Positions 32,000-32,000 of a stretch of DNA of 32,000 nucleotides are shown piece after piece. The DNA comes from Kineococcus radiotolerans SRS30216 = ATCC BAA-149 (GTDB lineage: Bacteria; Actinomycetota; Actinomycetes; Actinomycetales; Kineococcaceae). The position numbers and the translations under genes were made by a program. How positions within the stretch are numbered: position 1 is the stretch's first letter; each line of letters starts with the position of its first letter. The DNA lies in NCBI RefSeq assembly GCF_000017305.1, contig NC_009664.2:4110001-4142000 (forward strand), written 5' to 3'. The notes beneath the pieces are model-generated. The model made no database searches. It was not told the origin of the DNA and worked only from the letters and a program-made list of their open reading frames with translations.

Positions 32000-32000
32000 T

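Overview
This is a very GC-rich (well above 70% by eye) actinobacterial chromosomal segment. I call about 36 protein-coding genes on both strands. I recognised no rRNA, tRNA, CRISPR array, transposase or integrase.

Gene content is housekeeping and accessory metabolism:
- serB (partial) and an LLM-class oxidoreductase
- a divergent glgC/glgA glycogen pair
- a stand-alone ABC ATPase, a threonine-aldolase-like PLP enzyme and an F420/NADPH-reductase-like gene
- a second signal peptidase I, an MFS transporter, an HtrA-like lipoprotein protease and a PhzF-like isomerase
- two GNATs, a CoA-transferase B subunit, a secreted beta-helix protein and a beta-propeller phytase
- an alpha/beta hydrolase, ThuA-like and TolB-like propeller proteins, and a YfcH-like epimerase
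- many one-component regulators: 2 MarR, TetR, a YozG-like HTH, a PucR fragment, PaaX-like and WYL

Most long ORFs in the six-frame track are GC-driven artefacts (Arg/Pro/Gly-rich, out of frame or antisense to recognisable genes).

I found no convincing novel multi-gene system. The observations most worth follow-up are:
1. Seventeen genes start 6-7 nt after a TANNNT-type box, often TAGGGT. This implies leaderless mRNAs and fixes many start codons.
2. A TetR gene is broken by a tandem triplication of a 7-bp unit; removing one copy restores a full-length repressor.
3. A head-to-head junction joins a 5'-truncated, frameshifted CoA-transferase A gene to a 5'-truncated PucR-family regulator. This looks like a deletion scar that leaves scoB orphaned.
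4. An orphan 281-aa protein carries an R-x4-H (HEPN-like) signature.
5. Several clean operator-type palindromes sit in divergent regulator intergenic regions.

All functional calls come from reading the translations by eye; no database search was run.
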